From Balanoglossus misakiensis (lineage: Eukaryota; Animalia; Hemichordata): DNA of 64,000 bases. A program made the position numbers and the translations under genes. Positions 1 to 12,767 of the stretch are shown here, one piece after another (position 1 is the stretch's first letter; every line of letters starts with the position of its first letter). The notes beneath the pieces were generated by a model. The model was not told the DNA's origin, searched no databases, and worked only from the letters and a program-made list of their open reading frames with translations. The stretch spans positions 4,667,434-4,731,433 of the forward strand of contig CM082593.2 of the NCBI GenBank assembly GCA_040954595.2. The letters are read 5' to 3'.

Positions 1-1982
1 AGAAGTCAGTCGGGTGTCGTCTACAAGTAGAACCAAACATGAAACTGAAAGGGACAAGTGTACGTTTTCAAGAAGTCGAGGACAGCTTCGAGATGGCTGT
101 CTGACGTTTTGATTTCTGAGCATGCGCCGTTTTATGTTTTAGTGGAAATTTCGAGTGCACAATTAACACAACCAAAGATTTCAGTGCTAGCCTGAACCGA
201 AGGCCTGTAATGCACTTTGATACGAAAATACTGTCTTAAATCATGTACATGCTTATCGTGTAAAAATACTGCCGAGAAGAGAACTCCACAGAGTGAAAGC
301 TTAACAGTCAAGAAAGGAAGATGTTTTGCCATCCCAACTTTTTTTGACACCACACGTGTTTTCTTAGCAAACTTTTTTGGCAATTTAAATGTTTGCAAGG
401 TATGACATTACCTTATTGAAATGTTATGAAACTTACTGTAGCCCGAGTATTAGCGACTGCGTGGCGAACTTTACCGAGTATACACGACGCCATCAGCGAA
501 CTTTACCGAACATGATCTAGTTTCTACCAAACGGAAGCACCTTAGGCGCAGTCGTGCAATAATGTCGTGCTTATGGTTATATTTTTACATATTTATTTTA
601 ATACCCATATATTTATAAACTCTAGAGGTATCTAGTTGGCTAGATAAGGCCGTAGGTGACGCTTTCCAGTTGTGTTGTTAGTAGAACTTTTTCGGTAAGT
701 TAGTTTTCTTTTCGGACACGTTTTATTGCTATCAGTGCTTTAAAAAAACGGAGAAAAAAATTCTAACAAAACGGAATTCCTGAAGGAATATCCAGTGCCA
801 AATTTTATCGTGTTTGATAGAAAAAAGCGTGGTGGTTAGGACAATCACCATTTTACTTAAAATAATAGTTTCGTTTGCGCATGCGGTTGCGATAGTCCTC
901 TGAGAGCCATTTTTGCCCTGGTAAATCTGAGACGTTTTGGCTTCTTTTCCGGTCGCCATGGCAACGCTTGAACACCTCACTCATTAGACATTACTGTATG
1001 GATTGTTAACCTCTACTTTAAATCTCCCAGAACTTAAAAAAATTAACAAATCGTAAAAAAATATTGACAAGTTGGAAGTTTTTTACTGCGTATTACATCA
1101 TTATTTCTTTTCGAAACTTTTAAGTTTCAAACTATTCAGTGAGTGTGTCCCTATACCATGCAATATCACGTGATAGACATATTACTCAAGATAAGCCGTA
1201 GCTAGGACAACCATATGACATCACACACTTCTATAATATGCGGCGCGTTACACTTTCACATTATGTCATATCAGCGACGATACCAGGTATTTTAGTGTAT
1301 TTGTAAAACCCATCTAATAAACTACTTATTTTGCTTAAATCCACATGTCTTGTCAACATGTTATTTTGCATTTTTTAGCCCCCGTGTTCACACAAGGGAC
1401 CTAATATTATACCGATTTATGCATGTGGCTGTCTGAGTCATCGACATCTCAAAAAGGCTTATCGGATTTGAATTAGAGAAAGGTGTTGTTTTGGTGGAGT
1501 TAAAACAATAACACCAGCCAAAAGTCACAAGCCACAAAACGTGCGAATTTCAAAACAACAGGCAAAAAATCCATACCATCTATATGACGAATTCTTTGCC
1601 ATCTTCAATTACGTATTAACAGCTGTAAATTGGAATCTAAACACTTCCAATTTAACCAATACAACAGAGTTCAGTAAGCTGATCTCCATCGCAATTGAAG
1701 AAAACTATCTACAGACTACATGTATACGTGTACACATAACATGCTTCTCAAAACAATGTACATGTACATGTATGCAGCCATCCTATACAAAGACAACAGA
1801 AATACTACGTACCTCAGGTGAGCACCACGTCACTGTTACTGGATCTGCACTCAACCGGAAAGCGGGGAGCCGAATTCTGAAATGTATAAAAGTTCAGGTA
1901 AGGAATTACGAGACTGATGAGTTAATTATATCACTAAGAAAACGACAGTAGGATTGGGCGAGTGGGCAGGCAATACATCTGT

Positions 1983-1983
<1 letters not shown>

Positions 1984-2027
<44 letters not shown>
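1984..2027. repeat. (GAT)n microsatellite
   Basis: Direct inspection. Confidence 0.95.
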
Positions 2028-5000
2028 GCTGAGACAAGTCACTGTACTGGGAGACATTTAGCAGTGGGTATATGTTAATTAAAGATTTGCATATTCAACT
2101 ACAAATCCAGTGGAAGCTCATGGAAAAAATAAAGTGTGGCCAAATAGCTCAGTCGTGACCTTACTAAATATAGAATAATATTGACATTTCATAAGTGTAG
2201 ATCAAGAAGAACAGCGGTCTCTCTATTGACCCACATTTTCCGAATGACAGAGATTTTGGTGAAGTACTAGAATTCCAAATTCTCCCGTCTGACGTCACGA
2301 CCGACTTCCGACGATCGTTATTTGCCTCGTGTGACTTTTGCGGCTATTTTTGTATCCATGCACCAACTGACCGCGACAGGAGGTCAGACAGTTCGAGTAA
2401 ACCACAGAAGTCCCTTGAAACGACAGGACACGCGAGTAGACAGACGCCTGAGGGACAGCCGAGTATAAGGGGCGGCGGATAACTCTGGTTGATGGGCAGA
2501 TAATTGCCTATCTGTCTGTCTGCCGAAAATGCAGTTGGAGAACACATTTAGACAGTGTCAGTCAGTCACTGACACACACACAGAAAAACAGACAGACAAC
2601 AAATAGACAAACAAGCAAACTGTAGAATTTGTGACTGCACTACTTAATGATAAAATAAAATACTATGTGAAAAGTTTCTCGCCAGCTCGCGTAGGCCATC
2701 CAACCAATTTACGACAGCAGTAATCTTCAAAAAATCGATAAAACAGAAAGATGCTGCGACTGGTGACGTGCATTTTTACAGAAAGATGTAAATTGCAAGT
2801 GGTCAATGGGATAAGTCTGCTGGTTTGATTGTGGAGGATGACACGCAAAATCAAAGGCCACATTCCCCGGAAAATTGGCTTCTTATGTTTCAGGGGCCGA
2901 CGTCACTGACAGTAAGTGTCGCGGGGAATGCTGGGTAAGTATGCTGACATTCTGGGGGCACATGGGATGGGAAGTCTTGCCGCACAGCCCCGGAATCAGA
3001 CTGACGTCCACACTACTCGGACCTAGGGGAAGGTAGGTGGCCAGATTCGGACAGAGTTTGAAGGACTTTGTGCGCGTCCGTTCCGTCGGGGAAGTTCCTC
3101 GTCCCCGCTTTGCAGACTGCAAAACCGGGGCGGCAATTTTTTGGGGGAGGGAATTGCGTTAACGTTCTGCCAACGGGAACAAGTTGGAAGCGTTCCTGAA
3201 ATTCCTCCTGCGAATTCTTGGTAATATCGCTAGATACTGAGCCCTTGGTCGTCCTCACTCGGCTCCGTTGGCTGAAATTTTGTCTTGTTTTGCCGCGTTC
3301 ATGTGACACTATCGTATTCCTGCGGTATCCCACAGTTTGCGATCGGATAACATCGTGCAAATTGACCAAAATGTGGACTGAAGTTGTCCATGGAAAGTGG
3401 TTAAGTTTTCCCCCAGAGTTTTGTAACCTTGGAAACCTGAGAAGATTTGCACAGTTTAAGTTGTTCATTCGCTGAATGATAACGTTTCTGTACATCAGTC
3501 GCTCGTTTCTATGGCACCGATGTTATATAATGCGGGGTGCGAGTGTGGTAATTTAAGTGTGCGATGGCCAGAATACAACATAGTACATCGAAGTTTCTAG
3601 TATTTTCCAGTTCCCACTGAATCCACCAGCAGACACGCGCAAACGCGCGAAAAGTTGTACTTTTTCGCATTTTTTGCATGATTGGTCGATTTTTTTTTGC
3701 GATATAGACGCGATTCACACCACCACGTACATTTGTGATAATTGTTGAAGGGATATATAGATACCGTTAAGTGAGTGTTATGGTGTTGTGGCGATTTAAG
3801 CATATCACAAGGTCACGGGGTCACGCAACCACTGACAGGAGATAGGCGTCATCTGTCAGATCGTCGGATGTTGCCATCTGTGAGATACAGAAGGGTTCAA
3901 GGCTTGAACCTGAACGAGAGTTTGCTGTATTTGACGTCATCTTGTTTTTTAAACAGAGACGCGCGAGAAATCGCGTGAAATGATTACTTCTATCATGTCG
4001 TGCACCGAACAGCCTTAATATGTCATTTCCGCTCAATTTCCTGATCTCATTATTTCATTTGTAAACAAGATAAACTTTCACGGGGACAAGGTTCGGGAAC
4101 TATATTTATGACCTGTCGACGTCTGCAGTCGGAGACTGGTGCTAAATTAATCCGCGCGGTCATCGCGCAGTAATCAAACCGAGGTTAAAAGTCTCCCACA
4201 GTGACTCGTTTCTCTCCTGAGACTTACTTGTTTGTGACGAAAAATATATAATTTGTGAAAAGATAACGATAATATCGCCATTTGTGAAATTAAGTCTGTT
4301 ATTTTTTATCTCAAAGGGCACAGGGGCCTTCCCACTCGACAGAAAAGACATTTCCCTCGTACATATGACGGAAATAACACTCTCCATAAATTTAGTTGGA
4401 AGTGCATAATAGGTCAAAGCGGACTCGTTACTCATATTAAAAAGGGAAACCACAACATCAGGATTTATACTGGCGAGATCGGAAACAACCGCAGCTGTTT
4501 GGCGGTCATATACGCCGGAAGATGACAGACTCGCGCCGTGCAATGCCGGCAGCGCAAATTCCGTTGTAAAGATCGCAGGAATGTCCCAAATATCGCGTGC
4601 TTGTAGCTAGGTTACAATAAAAAATAATATAACCTGACCTTTGCACTTTTGATCCAGCGAATGTTTTTATCTTCTTAGTTGAGACCTCTTCAGGGTTTAC
4701 CAATTGTACCTTTGGGTGTACATGTTTTGGTGAGTTTTCCATGCGTCAGAAAGAGATTATTCACCATCAAGTAGACTCCTGGAATACAACAAACATATTT
4801 GTTAATTAAAAAAAATCATGTCACTAATTTCTTTCGATAACTTTCACGTGACGTACGCCATCAATTCATGATTGAAAGTAGCATCGCGTCATCGGATGTC
4901 GACTGGCGTGCGGAACAAGGCATTTGGCAGGCGGTGATTTAAGATCCCACCGGGGAGAGGAATTTCTCGATCGCATTGCCAACGCGAATGACAGCGGCGA

Positions 5001-5189
5001 TCAAAGAGCCAACATAAAATATTCGATACGCATCACACGTCGGGTCATCCGTGGTATTGCTTTGCAGAAACTTCTGATCAAAGGGCACAGTTCATGACAT
5101 ATCAGTGAAATGATGATCGCGCTGATGCAGCACCCCAGGCAAGAAGTGAGATGGTTATTTTCCGAATCAAATGAGATGATAGAAATTAA

Positions 5190-5375
5190 AGGTACAACAG
5201 TCGGTCACCCCTGGTTTACATACGCCCATATATGGCTGAAATGGCGTATTTGAGTGTTCTAAAGAACATATGGTAGCGCTCTTTTTCGCGTGTGCTGCCC
5301 ACTGAAAATATGATTGGCTAGATTTCAATTTACCATGGTAACTAAATCTAAATTTGCATAGGTGACCGTATACAC
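5190..5375. mobile_element. MITE family A copy (about 186 bp), Kolobok-like
   Basis: Reverse-complement match to 61901-62086; TTAA on the left; degenerate TIR. Confidence 0.75.
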
Positions 5376-5386
5376 CCAATGCAAAT

Positions 5387-5931
5387 CTCGCGAACGCGCA
5401 AGGTTTCATGGGAAATCGCAGAAGTGCGGAAAATGACAACGCGACGCGAACGTACAGATCCTCGGCTGCCAAGAGAGCAGCGCCCGGCCGTCCGCGTACG
5501 TGCAGCCCGTAGTCTCGCGGTCCGACGTCGGCTTCACATTTTCGTGGACGTCGTACCAGAGGAACATAGACGCTTCAGACAAAATGTCTTGAAGTACATT
5601 TCACCGAAATATTTCCGTAAACACGAAACAAACGGATTTTCAGCGTTCCAGCAAGGGGATCGGGCCAGTGTAAACATTGCGGACCCGATCGCTCGCACAC
5701 GAAAAACGACGATATCTTTCCGATATACAATATTTCAGTCTAAAAACATACACGGGGGTACTCACCAGTGAGAGTATCAACGAGTACTTGGTGTCGTTTT
5801 GTTTAAAAACTATATGCCCCTTCGTATTTTGACGATTTGCACGGCCTCTTCCGTGTTGAAGCATAGCGTCGTCTGGTCATTTTCCGCACTTCCGCTCCAC
5901 GATTTCCCATGAAACCTTGCGCGTTCGCGAG
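5387..5931. mobile_element. 545-bp non-autonomous element with about 60-bp imperfect terminal inverted repeats
   Basis: ctcgcgaacgcgcaaggtttcatgggaaatcg..gaagtgcggaaaatgac at the left end, with its reverse complement at about 5875-5931. Confidence 0.7.
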
Positions 5932-6200
5932 CTTCGTAGCGCAGCCAGCGGTGGGATTGGGGCAAGGGACCAGACTACGCATCGGGTGAATTGGATGGAG
6001 GGCCATGCATGACCTCTGCCTTATCGAAAGCAGACATAAAATGTAATGGGGGAAGACTTGGACGTTTGGTCACAATCACTCAACACAACTGTGGTTTGGT
6101 AGTAGGCCTTGTGTTTGGAAGTTAGCGAAACTCAAATTGCTGGGACTTCCTGTCACGCGATTTTTGGCTCTCTTCATTGCAGACTTCGTCCTCACCATCG

Positions 6201-6286
<86 letters not shown>

Positions 6287-6337
6287 GATGATGATCATGA
6301 TTATGGTAGTGGTTTTGGTGGTGGTGGAGGTGGTGGT
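6201..6337. repeat. (GAT)n microsatellite with a (GGT)n tail
   Basis: Direct inspection. Confidence 0.95.
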
Positions 6338-6506
6338 TAAGCCTTCCCAATTAATAATGTTGCATTCACAATATTAAACGTTTGCCGAAATTTGAAGTTG
6401 TCAAAGTGATTTTGGCCGAGCGAACTCATTTGATTGTTACTTGGGGGAACGAACCTTGTACTTTACATGTCATTCGATCTGTCTAATGTAGGCCTAATAA
6501 ATATTA

Positions 6507-6648
6507 TTTTCTGTTGTAGGCCGTTGCAGATGTCTGGAGTAAAGTGATACCAAAAGCTACCGACCACAGTAATCAATCAACGTACAGTAACAAAGCAAGC
6601 AGTAAGAGAAGAAACCGGAAATCACCAGAAGAAGCCTGGTGACATAAA
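6507..6648 (+). other. Splice acceptor and 5'UTR part of the coding exon of the myozenin/synaptopodin-like gene
   Basis: Pyrimidine tract plus TAG (ttttctgttgtag|G at 6519/6520); short upstream ORF ATG TCT GGA GTA AAG TGA at 6530-6547; upstream non-coding exon not located. Confidence 0.5.
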
Positions 6649-8142
6649 ATGCCATTGACACCAATTGATGTTAGAGAAAGAAGCATCGAGGAACTGACGG
6701 GCAGACGACCAGACCGGGGTACCCGGATGTACATGAAACAACGAGGCAGTGATCCTTACTTCGTTGACGACACACACATTGGAAGCAGCGGCCAAAGTTT
6801 TGACGAGATGCCATTTGCAGCACCCCAGAGCAGCGGCAAGCCCTTTCGACCAGTCTCCGCGCCGACTCAGAGGCACCCCCAGGGCCAGCACCGTCGCAGT
6901 CACGGAGGAGGAGCCCCAGCGCCTCCTCAGCATCATGACGAGGGTGGGTTCTCCGACGGGCGTTCGATGAAGCCGTGGGTGTCCCCCTGGGAGGAGGCCC
7001 TGCAGGGTTCCACGGTGGACGCTCCGAGCAGCCGGATGATGAAGCAGTACCGGTCGGCACCAGCGCTGAGACCCGCATCAGCACCCGCACACGCGCAGTC
7101 AGAAACCACGGGCTTCAGGCGGCTGGGTACCACAGTGGGTCCCCACGGCCGCTCGCTCAGCATGCCCGAGCCCACCACCAAACCGCTGGTGAAAAGTCGA
7201 GAGCTGGTGGTCCAGACGGGAGCCACCAGGAAAGCGCGCGGTGCTCTGATGTTCGACAAGATGAAGAAGCGATCGCAGCAATACGTAGTCGACGACACCA
7301 ACGTGGCCGATACTTCCGACCACTACGCCAGGATGAGGATGCAAGTTTTGCAGGATTCTCGAGCCCGGGTCCCGTCACCACCACCCCATGTCGGCACCGG
7401 CTACTACCCACCCCATGCCGACGCCGGCTTCTCACCTGTTTCGCCCGTCTCACCGCCCGGCCCAGGACGTCAACCTGCCAGACCTTATAAGCTATCTATT
7501 TCTGGAGGCAAGACGCCCTGGGAAGCAGCCGAGTCAAATCCCGTGGGATCGGTGGAAGAGGCTTTCTATCGGAGCGGGAAAGCGCCCCCACGGGAGGGTA
7601 CCTTGGCGCACAAAGTACAGGAGGCTGCACGCACCAAGGCAGAGAGGAGCGCCTATGAGCACGACGCATGGTCCCGCTCCCCTCACGGCGAGCCAGATCA
7701 CCACGGCAGTATTAATTTCAACCTTGCGCCGAAGATAACCACCGTCCCCCGCGTGAGGCTGGGCTCTCAGCCGTACGTCAACGACTTCAACAGGAAGCCC
7801 CAAGGCTGGCAGAACGACGGAGAACCACAGGAGACGGTCGTCGACCACCACACGCTGCCCAGAACCCGTCACTCGCGCCGCCCTCCGACCGACTTCAACC
7901 CCAAGCCCAAGTCGTGGGCCCCGAGTCGCCAGGTCCACCCGGAGCCGGAGTATCACTACGAGGAATACGACGAGGAAGAGAGAGTCGTGGAGCATCTGAA
8001 GCCGGTGAGGATGACCGCCAAGAAATTCGATCGTCCGCAGTACGCAGATCGCAGAAGAACCAGGCCATCTGGCCAGGTGCGATCCGTTCCCGGGCCAAAA
8101 ATTTGGAATCCAACGATGTTGGAAGAAACCGATGATTTGTGA
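6649..8142 (+). CDS. Myozenin/synaptopodin-2-like Z-disc protein, 497 aa, single coding exon
   Basis: Long GC-rich ORF with AAAATG start and an in-frame TGA 9 nt upstream; splice acceptor ttttctgttgtag at 6519. Myozenin-like motifs SIEELTG..RGTRMY, KPWVSPWEEAL, DFNRKPQGW and C-terminal ETDDL (E[ST][DE][DE]L class). Synaptopodin-2-like motifs RGALMFDKMKKRSQQYVVD and KTPWEAAESNPVGSVEEAF..VQEAARTK. Family match is from recalled motifs. Confidence 0.85.
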   Translation: MPLTPIDVRERSIEELTGRRPDRGTRMYMKQRGSDPYFVDDTHIGSSGQSFDEMPFAAPQSSGKPFRPVSAPTQRHPQGQHRRSHGGGAPAPPQHHDEGGFSDGRSMKPWVSPWEEALQGSTVDAPSSRMMKQYRSAPALRPASAPAHAQSETTGFRRLGTTVGPHGRSLSMPEPTTKPLVKSRELVVQTGATRKARGALMFDKMKKRSQQYVVDDTNVADTSDHYARMRMQVLQDSRARVPSPPPHVGTGYYPPHADAGFSPVSPVSPPGPGRQPARPYKLSISGGKTPWEAAESNPVGSVEEAFYRSGKAPPREGTLAHKVQEAARTKAERSAYEHDAWSRSPHGEPDHHGSINFNLAPKITTVPRVRLGSQPYVNDFNRKPQGWQNDGEPQETVVDHHTLPRTRHSRRPPTDFNPKPKSWAPSRQVHPEPEYHYEEYDEEERVVEHLKPVRMTAKKFDRPQYADRRRTRPSGQVRSVPGPKIWNPTMLEETDDL

Positions 8143-8460
8143 AAGTTGGAACGTTAGGAAGAAACGCGGTGAAAAAAATCGAGTAAAAAACTTAGACTAT
8201 AGATGCTGCAAGTGTGATTTAAGAAGCATGAAAATGTGCAATGGTTTGAGATCTACGTCCCATCCTCGCAAGATGTCATCAGTAAGAGCGCTCTTGCACA
8301 AGAAGAGATGTTTTTTTTAGTCCTGAGCGAAACTCACCGTTAATACATTATCCATTTCAAAACTTACCAAAGACAACGTCAAAGCGTTGATGAAGAACAA
8401 AACCGAACTGAAGAACTACCGTATACTTCTATACCGATGGAATTATAATTTCAAAACAAT

Positions 8461-8461
8461 T

Positions 8462-8500
<39 letters not shown>
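8461..8500. repeat. (TTTC)n microsatellite in the 3'UTR
   Basis: Direct inspection. Confidence 0.9.
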
Positions 8501-8747
8501 CGACAAACGATATGTAAAGGTCACCACATATCGACACTTCTCAGACAACGAGTTGAATTTGCCAAAAGAATTCTAATCATGAAATATTCCATCAATTTGA
8601 AAAAATAATGCACCATCAATTATGGAGCAATTGAAATACTATTGTAGGTAATCCACTGTCAATGATAATACGTGTGCACCGTAGACAAAAAAACACAAAC
8701 AAAATATACACATATCTTTTAGATAACAAAATCTCATAAAAATCGAT

Positions 8748-8753
8748 AATAAA
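8748..8753 (+). terminator. Candidate polyadenylation signal of the plus-strand gene
   Basis: AATAAA about 600 nt after the stop, followed by T/GT-rich sequence. Confidence 0.45.
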
Positions 8754-9026
8754 AATGTTAAATTTTGGATGTACTTTATGTTTAGACGTTCAGAATGTAT
8801 TCTTACTCCTCATTAGCATTCATGACATGTCTTTTAAAACATTTTTCAAACTGTGAAAAAAATCTCTAGAGCGAGTTGATTTGCTTTCAAGAGACTTTTA
8901 TTTGGAGTCGATTAGTTGTTCTAATGCGTGTGTGGTTTTTACTTTGACTTCTTTTAGTGGAGCTGTTTTAATTCGGCCTGGCTCACTGCTCACCGGGTAC
9001 CATACAGCTAACTGGTGTCATCAAGC

Positions 9027-9118
9027 TTAACCTCTTCTCCACCATGGTTCAGTCCAAACCCATTGTTTTCTATGGTAAGATTGGACCTCTAAAGAGGGAA
9101 CTGGGGTGAAAGGGTTAA
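9027..9118. mobile_element. MITE family B copy (about 90 bp), piggyBac-like TTAA|CC..GGG|TTAA
   Basis: TTAA at both ends; similar to 10559-10645, 40640-40731 (inverted) and 47874-47964. Confidence 0.7.
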
Positions 9119-9921
9119 ATCAATGAACAATATGTTTTGATGTGAGGTGCCTCGACATCTAACCTATTTTCGGGTTTACGACGCCACCAAGAACTTACTG
9201 TCAAGCCAAGGAAATCATGCACAGGTCCTATTTAACTATGAAAAAATTAGTCAAATGCCAAGTCTGGCAATTTAAGTCTTTCCATCTGACAGAAAATATC
9301 AGGAACGGACCGCGTGTCTCCATCGTACACAGCCGGAGCCTGTCAAGTTGTCAGTGCCTATCCTCGACCAACAAACGTTTCTTTGTGTGGAGTCGGATAT
9401 ATTGGCAGCGCATTTTTGTCCTGGGAAATTTCTGCACACACATCGAGCGCAGAGTCTGTGATTTCCGCCTCATGAAAATCGGGTTATCATCACACAGTTT
9501 TCCTTTCTCCATCTGGATATTTAGGGATGCATTTATACTAGGGCATCCTCGTCCTAGAAAAACGTCTCCCGCAGTTGCAGGACACAAGAATGAAGCCGGT
9601 TTGCGGTATGGTACCCTCGTTATCAGAATTTCTCCATTCAGAGCTGGGGAATAAAACCCATACTTGATCTTCAGTCCAACGAAGTTCACTGGACTTTAGA
9701 TACGTAACACCTGGACAAATTTTTGTTATATTTTGCATTTACATTTTTGAGAGACATAGGAAGTTACATGTACATAAGTAGTATTTTCGTTCGAGATTGA
9801 GTTTCGCTTTTGTTTTTCTTTTTTATTTGCGGTGTTGAAGCAAAGTAATAAACTGCCGATTTGTCACAATTTGTCTCGATGTTGGTGTCATGAAGCCATG
9901 AATGTGAACTTTTCTTGGTTT

Positions 9922-9989
9922 TGTACGATATATATTAGGCCTACAACCAGGCCTGTACGATATATATTAGGCCCCAACCAGGCCTGTAC
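9922..9989. repeat. 32-bp tandem duplication
   Basis: tgtacgatatatattaggcc(ta/cc)caaccaggcc repeated twice plus a partial unit. Confidence 0.85.
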
Positions 9990-10558
9990 ATTATATTCCA
10001 AGAAAAGTTTACGTCACATTTTAAGGGAATAGAATTTTTGGTGGGGAAGGGACAGCAATTACTTTAGTTAATTCATAATACATGACACACCCATCCGTGT
10101 GAAATGCATCCATCCATCCATCCATCCATACATACATACACTCGCACGCACGCACGACATGCACATTCTTTTCAATGCATTGTCGAATGCTAAAATGAAG
10201 CTAAAAATAACTTTCAATAGAACATGAGGTCCTACCTTTGCACGCAGTCCCATTTCCAACGAAAGTGTTTCTCTGGTCCATCCAGTAATGGGAAAGAAAA
10301 CAAATCACCTTCCGTAGTTGGTAGCGCTTGAGGTCTTCCTTGAGAGAAGACAAGGTCAGTTTCAAAGGTCAATCGTATCGCTGTCGACGAGTTTTTCGAC
10401 ATCTTGGAGCACATTAGATCGACCTCACAACGATGCATCTCGCAGCAAAATGAAACGAACGGGCTCCAATGGAAATTTGAGAACACCTGTTCCCTTTTTT
10501 TCAACCAATCAGAATATTTTCTAAAATGCAAATTAGCAAGATGTTTCTGATTACGGTG

Positions 10559-10645
10559 CCCTTTCAACTCTGTTGTTTGGCCCAATTCCATTGTTCTCTA
10601 TGATAATGTTGGACCTCTACAAAGGGAATTGGGGGTGAAAGGGTT
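10559..10645. mobile_element. MITE family B copy
   Basis: Shares ccattgtt.tctatg..ttggacctct..gggaa..ggggtgaaagggtt with 9027-9118. Confidence 0.65.
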
Positions 10646-11518
10646 CCCTTCAACATACGATCGCACAACTGCCTTTGCTCTCTCATCTTAGTTGCAAGAG
10701 GGCAGTGTTTCAGACATTCAAAAATCCACATTCTGGACAAAAGCTCAAGACGCAAGACATAATTTCTATTGCTTCTGCCATTCTTTATTGACATACACCA
10801 CAAATATGACTAAGACAATTAAACTGGTAACAAATCAGAAACTATAGTAATAATATTACTAAAAAGCACCTTAAAACAGAAACAATAACTTTACTACCTA
10901 AAATTGCCTTTTACTTTTCGACTGCACTGTTAATACGGCCTGCCAGTCTTGCTTTTGCTTTTGTTGCTAAGAGCAGAAGTGTCGTCTGCAAAATCTCTGC
11001 CACATCATGACTGACAGATGCACGTGCCAATCATCTGATTCATGGCATAAATTAAATTTGCATAATTGCTTTCTGACCAATCAGAGTTGGATGTTAAATT
11101 ACTGACAGTCAATACATGATTATCGATGGTGAGTTTTGAGATATTGTCACAAACACTTCTGCACTCCCTACCTTTAAATAAATTTGTAACTAAATCTGAA
11201 AATAATTTTATTTAGTGGTATTAAAAACAAACTTAAAAGGGGGAAAGGCCAGATGTTGCCTTGGTAACCAAGAATTCTGGGAGAAGTAAAATATTTTTCT
11301 TTCAATCAATACCTACCACCTATTATGAAATTATGAAAAACAACATTTACTGTTTTTGCCATAAAATTCATGAAAAGGAAACTTAAAAATTAAATAAACG
11401 TCATATTTTCAATATACCTATTTAGTGCTAAAATGTGTATGAAATTTTGCGATGTTTTATTTTTGCAATGTTTTGTTCAAAACAAGTTCATGCATGCAAT
11501 ATTTAAATCAAATTTCAT

Positions 11519-11524
11519 TTTATT
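11519..11524 (-). terminator. Candidate polyadenylation signal of the SORBS gene
   Basis: TTTATT on plus (AATAAA on minus) about 1.25 kb past the stop in an AT-rich 3'UTR-like region; other candidates exist. Confidence 0.35.
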
Positions 11525-12767
11525 AATTTAATTGATTCTATGTAACCAAATCACCAGACAGTGAAATCCCTAAATATTAATTTCTATCTTTAATTTTGAA
11601 GTATAAAAAGAACGCCTGATTACAGAAAACCATCCTTGTGTGGCCTGGAGCTAAATCGATAAAAAGCTGATAAATATAAGAATGAATATTTCTGTTTAAA
11701 AAATGATAAGTTAATTTTTTTTTAGAAATACAGTTAGATAAATGCAGCACAAAGATGTGGCAGTTCAGCTTCTGAAGATAACAAAAATTCACTGATTCGC
11801 GAGTACATTTGATGTCTTTTAGTTAGTCCTGCTGAGTGAGCAACAGTGTCAACTACGCTACTTTTTCGAACAATGTACAGTTGACTAAAGATGGTAAGGA
11901 GGCCACGCACCCCCTTACAATGTACAGAAAATTCTATTTACATATTTAAGGCACCTTTTTAAGTCGGCACACACAAAATAAACCACCCTCTCTTATCTGT
12001 TTCCAGTCCAACCCCCAAGCACCCATTAGTTTTGGTGTCATCCTATCAAATGGACCAATCCATTGCAAGGAAACGGGGGACACAGGACTCTGGTGTGGGG
12101 TGTCATCTTTTATCACTAACCAAGACAAAGTTACTTAAGTTAAACATTTGAAACATTGATTACAGAATATTATCAGTTCCTAAATCCATCATCCAAAAAA
12201 GCTACATATCCATACGATAAAACAATGTTAAATTATTCTAATTAACATAACAATTCAAACAATCAAAAGTCGCATTTCATGCATAAATGTATCATCAAAC
12301 AATTTATAAATGAAAAGAAAAAAAATGTTACATTTTGAACTTAAGATCAGCACTGGCAGTTGACACTTTATATTAAATGTATCATGTCTTGACACTCATC
12401 ACAAAAAAGTTCTCATCTCCGCTACTGTCCTCTCTTAGTCCATCACGATGACCTGTCCACTTTGCATTCACCTTTGACCTCCGACCTCTGTAAATATGGT
12501 GTGATTGTTCAACATGCTACTGCTCCTGCGGAAAGGTATTAAACTACAATAAGTAAATTTACTAAGTTTGGAGATATAGAGCAATGCAGTGCAGCCGTCC
12601 CTATAGCTATGTTGGCAACATTTGATCGAATGTTAGCTCACAATTCACCATTGCCCGATTTTGGATCTTTGCTTTATCTTTCAATTTTAAAAACTGAATA
12701 CCCAGGCTGAAATCAAACACTACTCAAAATAAGAAAAGAGAGACTATATTTCCACCCAACTGACCTG

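Noticed and set aside
3013-3495. 160-aa minus-strand ORF (also 1541-1951, 5379-5771, 9217-9654)
   Set aside because: No recognisable domain or transposase/RT motifs; some overlap repeat elements
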